A stretch of DNA of 64,000 nucleotides from NCBI GenBank assembly GCA_012295275.1, contig CM022667.1, positions 6,448,001 to 6,512,000 of the forward strand. The letters are read 5' to 3'. This DNA is from Chrysomallon squamiferum. Taxonomy: Eukaryota; Animalia; Mollusca. A program made the translations under genes and the position numbers. Below, piece by piece: positions 59,138 through 64,000 of this stretch. The notes below the pieces were generated by a model, which was not told where the DNA came from, did not search any database, and was given only the letters and a program-made list of their open reading frames with translations. Numbering within the stretch: position 1 is the first letter of the stretch; every line of letters starts with the position of its first letter.

Positions 59138-60370
59138 GGGTCATTCCGTGTCACATTTGTTTTTTAAACCCGACCGTATAAGATTTTTAAACCCTCATAT
59201 GTGTGGAACTACTGAGACAATCTTCATAAACTCGGTATTGTTGAAAAGGCAATATGACAAGGATTCCAAATCTGCTATTATTGTTCAGTTTCACGAAGAT
59301 TAGAATACACTAAACTATTTATCTTTGTTATGACCTTGAAACTGACCATGTGGATCACGTGACGGTGAAATGACTTTTCTTGAAATTTAATCTCCCACAT
59401 GTTAACTAAAATATATAAAAGTTCCAAAGGTGTAATTTGTTTTTGTTTAGCGCCAATACACATTCAAAGATTGCATATCCATGCAAATAGCACCTTTTCT
59501 GCCACTAACATCTGATTAGCTAAAACCTGAACGACCAATTCCTGATGCTACGAATCAACATCTCTCTTGATCACCAGGTAATACATTGTAGGCCTACATG
59601 CTACGATAATATGATATTAAACTACTTCCTTCACTGAATTGTCACCAGTTCAGCAGTCAAAGAATCATTCGGTCAACCACTTCCCCCATAGTTTTGCTAT
59701 TCTAGCATCATCCTTTTTACACAGAGAGTAGTAGTAGTAGTAGTGGAGGTGAAGGTAATAACAGGAGCCTAGTGGGAGTTATAATACTAATAGCAGTACT
59801 AGAAGTAACTACTAGTACCAGCATCACTTATAATAGTGTCAGTAGAAGAAGATGTAGTATTAGTAGAAACAGTTAGGAACAAAAGGTAGTGGGAATAGAC
59901 AGAGTAGTAGAAACTTCTAATTGCTATGTGCTCAATGAGGATTTCACCAAGAGATTTCAAGGAGATCCTGACATGCCTGCAGCCACACTTCGTATTAACC
60001 CTTTGGGCCTGACTGTGTAGAACATCTCATGCCAGTTTGCATATTTTCATATCCTTCAGGCATTCCTTCTGACATGTCAGGTGGATTTTGACTCCAAAGA
60101 TGAGTTTTTTGTCTCAGACATGCATACATGTAGGAAATGTACATTGTAATTCAACAATACCAATTTTATGAAGATTGGACCTGTAGTTCCTGAGATATGA
60201 GTGTTCAAAGTTTGGTGGTCACGCCCATTTTGGCCGAAAATCTCAAAATTCAAAATTCAAACCACTGGTCCGATTGGCCTAAAATTTTCCTGTGGCATCC
60301 CAAACAACGAGTATACCAAGTTTCGTGAAAATCTGAGACGGTCGGGTTTAACCCATTGGGTGAATGACCC
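59138..60370. mobile_element. Non-autonomous TIR DNA transposon, Sola-like
   Basis: Termini gggtcatt...aatgaccc with further inverted matches (aaacccgaccgt / acggtcgggttt); flanked by ATTG on both sides (59134-37, 60371-74). A 4-bp TSD with GRG termini fits Sola2; no transposase ORF. Confidence 0.65.
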
Positions 60371-60976
60371 ATTGTGGAAATAGCTTTACATCCTGTTACT
60401 GTCTCTGGTGCAGTCTTACACAAGTTTACAAAGGTTATGTTACCCTCTACTTTGATAGTGTACTTTACAACAGTTTGCTCTTATTAGCAAGTTAATTTGT
60501 TTCACTTCACACATTCACTACTTTCAGCCAATAAAACCTAACTACAAAATTAAACTCATTTCAAATCCAGAAATTTTTAATGGTACTAGAACCTCATAAA
60601 TAAACACAACAACAAGAGATGATTAAAGGGATGATTACTTTAGTAGTTGGTGTTTTACAAGGTTGGGGTTATATAACATTCTGTCTTTGTTCATTGCAGC
60701 TTGTTTTAAAGTGTTTTTACATTGTTACTAATCAGTCAAACAGCCACAATTTTCACTGCAGTAATTATATCTGAATGTAGCTGTTTAAAATTCCAGTCAT
60801 ATTTATACACCTTGATGTAAAACCTGTTTGGAATTTGAAACATCAATGGTTAACATTTAGACTTTCCAAATCTGTCATAATCAAGGCAATGCTAGTATTT
60901 TGAAATCCATTACTGACAGCAACAGTTGTTAAAAATATTGTTTATTCACCATTGCTGCAATTTAGCATAGAGAGGA

Positions 60977-61011
<35 letters not shown>

Positions 61012-61935
61012 TGATGATGATGATGATGATGATGATAGTAGTTGATGATGTAACTGAAAATAATAAAAACTGCATTACAAATGATTAGGCTTTTAAGTTT
61101 TGATTAAAATATAATATAACTGTAAGGTTATGTAAAGTTAGAACAGCACAATTAATTATTTGTATCCATCACCAACACCAGTACTGATCTTGATAAACAA
61201 CAAGCTGCAGGGGAGATGTGTGATAAATGGAATGAAGCACAAAGTACGCTTAGTACATGCAGAATTTTAATCAATGTCATAATACTTATTTGAAAATATA
61301 AAAAATATAAACAAGTATATGGTTAGAAAATCAACTTTTGCTTCAGTTTTACTGTAATTTATTTTTATTAATCTTCTTATCTTCTTAGTTTTCATAATAA
61401 GCTGACAATTCTGTTAAAATTGTTTCATTTGTTTCTAAATTTGGAAAATATTAATCATGTAGCACTTTTTTTTATATTAATATTGGAAACTGAGAATCAT
61501 TACACACACAGTTCTTTAAAACTATATTAAATTAATACTTTTATGTAATGGCAAATACAAAATAATGTCTCTATACTAAGATATTATGACAGTGTTTAGG
61601 TCTGCATGAACAAATATCATACCTGTTTGTGGTGTTGTTGTTGAATCTATGACATTAAAAAGAAAAATTTAAATGAAATGATTATTTTTGTTTTATATTT
61701 GTGTTTTGTTTAGTTGCTGTTGTTTATTTATTTATTTATTTTAATGAGTGCATCAGATATGTGTGCTTTTTGTTGTTTACAGTTTCTGTTTATTGGAATA
61801 AAAATAAAGTTGGACTTCAATTTTTAAGCAAAACATTTTTACACAGGACAAATAAAAAAACAGATACAAACATGACATGTTTACATATTGTGCATAAAAA
61901 AATGTTTGTAAAATTCAGATGTTAAACCTATTAAT

Positions 61936-61967
<32 letters not shown>

Positions 61968-62034
61968 TTCACTCAAACATAAAAACAAACATACATCGAT
62001 TATTAATTTGTCTGCATTTATTTGTTCACTTCCG

Positions 62035-62065
<31 letters not shown>

Positions 62066-64000
62066 ATAAACCAACAAATAGTTTTATAAAGGACAATTCA
62101 AGAAAGAGACTATTTTAAATAACTTGATATATCTCTAATATATTCTCTATAATCAAATGAGAAATTATACATAATTGGTTCAGGAAAGTATGTACTCAAC
62201 TGGTGTTATGAAATTAAAGTAGAAACACATCAAACATATACTCTTTGAAAATGGGTTCTAAATAAGCAATAAGGTTTATGAGAACGAAGGTCTATCCAAG
62301 TTATAACAATAAAACAAAGTTTACTGATATTCTCTGCATAATCAATTTTGTTTTAATATAAATCCAGTACTTGAGGTGTACTGATTGAGAGTTTTATTTT
62401 TCTGAATAATAATAATAATAATTAATGAAAAATAAGAAAGAAATAAAGGGTTAAAGTTGCTAAAAAAGTAATATTTCAATTACAGCTCTATTGTTTTTTT
62501 TTATAAAATATCTCTTGTTATTTTTATATGATGGAAATTAAACATTACCAGTTCAGTTAGGAATCACTGTTTTCAGTATATAATTTGATAAAAAATACTT
62601 CATAAATTCAATGCAATTAATGGGATTTTTAATGGTACTGATCTGATAAATCATCCTGAAATCATGCTGAATTTAATAGAGAGGGTGCTGATTAAGCTAA
62701 TGAATTAAATTTGCATGAAGAAAGATGGATGCAGGAAAGAAAAGGAACATATTATTAAAACAGATGTTTATAAGGCTTGAGATTATGTATTAATTGAATA
62801 CATTACTTTGAGGATGATTTTAACAAATGTAATCAGATTAAGATCATGAACTGCAAAAAGATATTACTAACAATTAAAACAATTATTATAATAATATAAT
62901 GATTTTTTGTTTGCATTAGAAAATTATATTAGCTTAGATCATTTCATAACAGTGTTATAAATGAATTTGTAATCAATAGTCTTTATTTATTTACAGCACA
63001 GACATAACTGTAAATAATATGAATTTAGTCAGGCTGTGGAAAAACATTTTTGCCAGCTGCTTTTGTGCCCATTTCAAAAGTTTTAATTTTGTTCTCCTCC
63101 AATTACAGTTACCTCCAGTTTGGTCTTTTATATATAGTTGTGGTTTAATTGTCACATGAATATTAATGAATCATATCTGAAATGGAATATTTTCACACTC
63201 TGCTGAGTAATTATAAAGAACTAACTTCATTTAGTTTCACTGTGTAAGAATATTTGAGACAACTGTACCTGCTGACTAAACTCATAACAAGATCACAGAC
63301 CACTGGATAACAATCTCTTCCTAATGCAAATTGTTTTTTTCTCCACAGTGATGAAATGACCTGATCTGAATAAAGAAATAACCTACCAGATTCAGGTGTT
63401 GTTGTTGAACCTAAGATATTTAATTATTTTTTAAAAAAATAAAAAAATATATATATAAGGAGTTGAAAGAAAGTCAGTGTACAATTACACATATCAATAA
63501 GTTTAATAAATACACAAACAGATATATTAATCAAATTAATGTAAATGTTTAAAGCTTATGATTATTACTTTTACTCTGGAAAATAAATGGATTACAAGTA
63601 TGTGGCTAGCATAATATATATTTATTCATATCTTATGCACATAAATGTTTATAAATTAATCCCTTATGTCTTTGTATGGTAAAAGATAATAACATAAAAA
63701 TATTCTTGTATTAATAAAATTCCTTTCATGGTGAAAATATATTTAATTTCATTTATAATAATATATTCTTTACACATTAATATTTATCGGCAGTGCAGGA
63801 AGGATGAGATAGTCTTGTGTCAGTGAACTCCGACTGTTCTCATTTTGATGAAATGCGATCATCTTAGGCAGATATGGAAAGAATATTTGGTCAAATAAGT
63901 GTGATGGAACCATTTCAATTCCATCCTGAATTTGTTTTGAAATTCAGAGAATTACAGAATTTTATCATAAATTATAATTTAAAGATAGTGTGATACTTTC

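Noticed and set aside
60400-64000. Search for the V exon of D2 or other genes
   Set aside because: No Ig-like or otherwise credible exon seen; AT-rich intronic or intergenic DNA.

Overview
AT-rich, microsatellite-rich animal genomic DNA (invertebrate; a mollusc is my guess from the repeat and Ig-domain style, not shown) with one ~200-N gap. Almost the whole window is a cluster of spliced immunoglobulin-superfamily genes, reconstructed here by hand from GT-AG sites and reading phase. Three genes share the ectodomain leader-V-like Ig-4x C2/I Ig-FN3, and a fourth lacks the V exon. They carry two unrelated TM/cytoplasmic modules. Genes A (794-13218, +) and E (44433-54040, +) have long tails with several ITIM-type motifs ending in an ITIM+ITSM pair. 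Genes B (26724-19386, -) and C (34633-28146, -) have a Gly-rich TM (with a central Glu in B) and a short tail ending in a YxxL-x7-YxxL ITAM (YxxM-x7-YxxL in C) plus YEN. This is the architecture of a paired activating/inhibitory immune-receptor family. Only B is fully intact as assembled. A is truncated in FN3, E has a 2-nt frameshift, and C is a multi-lesion pseudogene. A small single-V, tail-less gene D (42703-38479, -) sits head-to-head with E, and the 3' end of a second D copy follows the gap. Every A/B/E-type V exon is preceded by tandem copies of its own splice acceptor and exon start. Orphan leader exons and decayed transposon fragments fill the rest.
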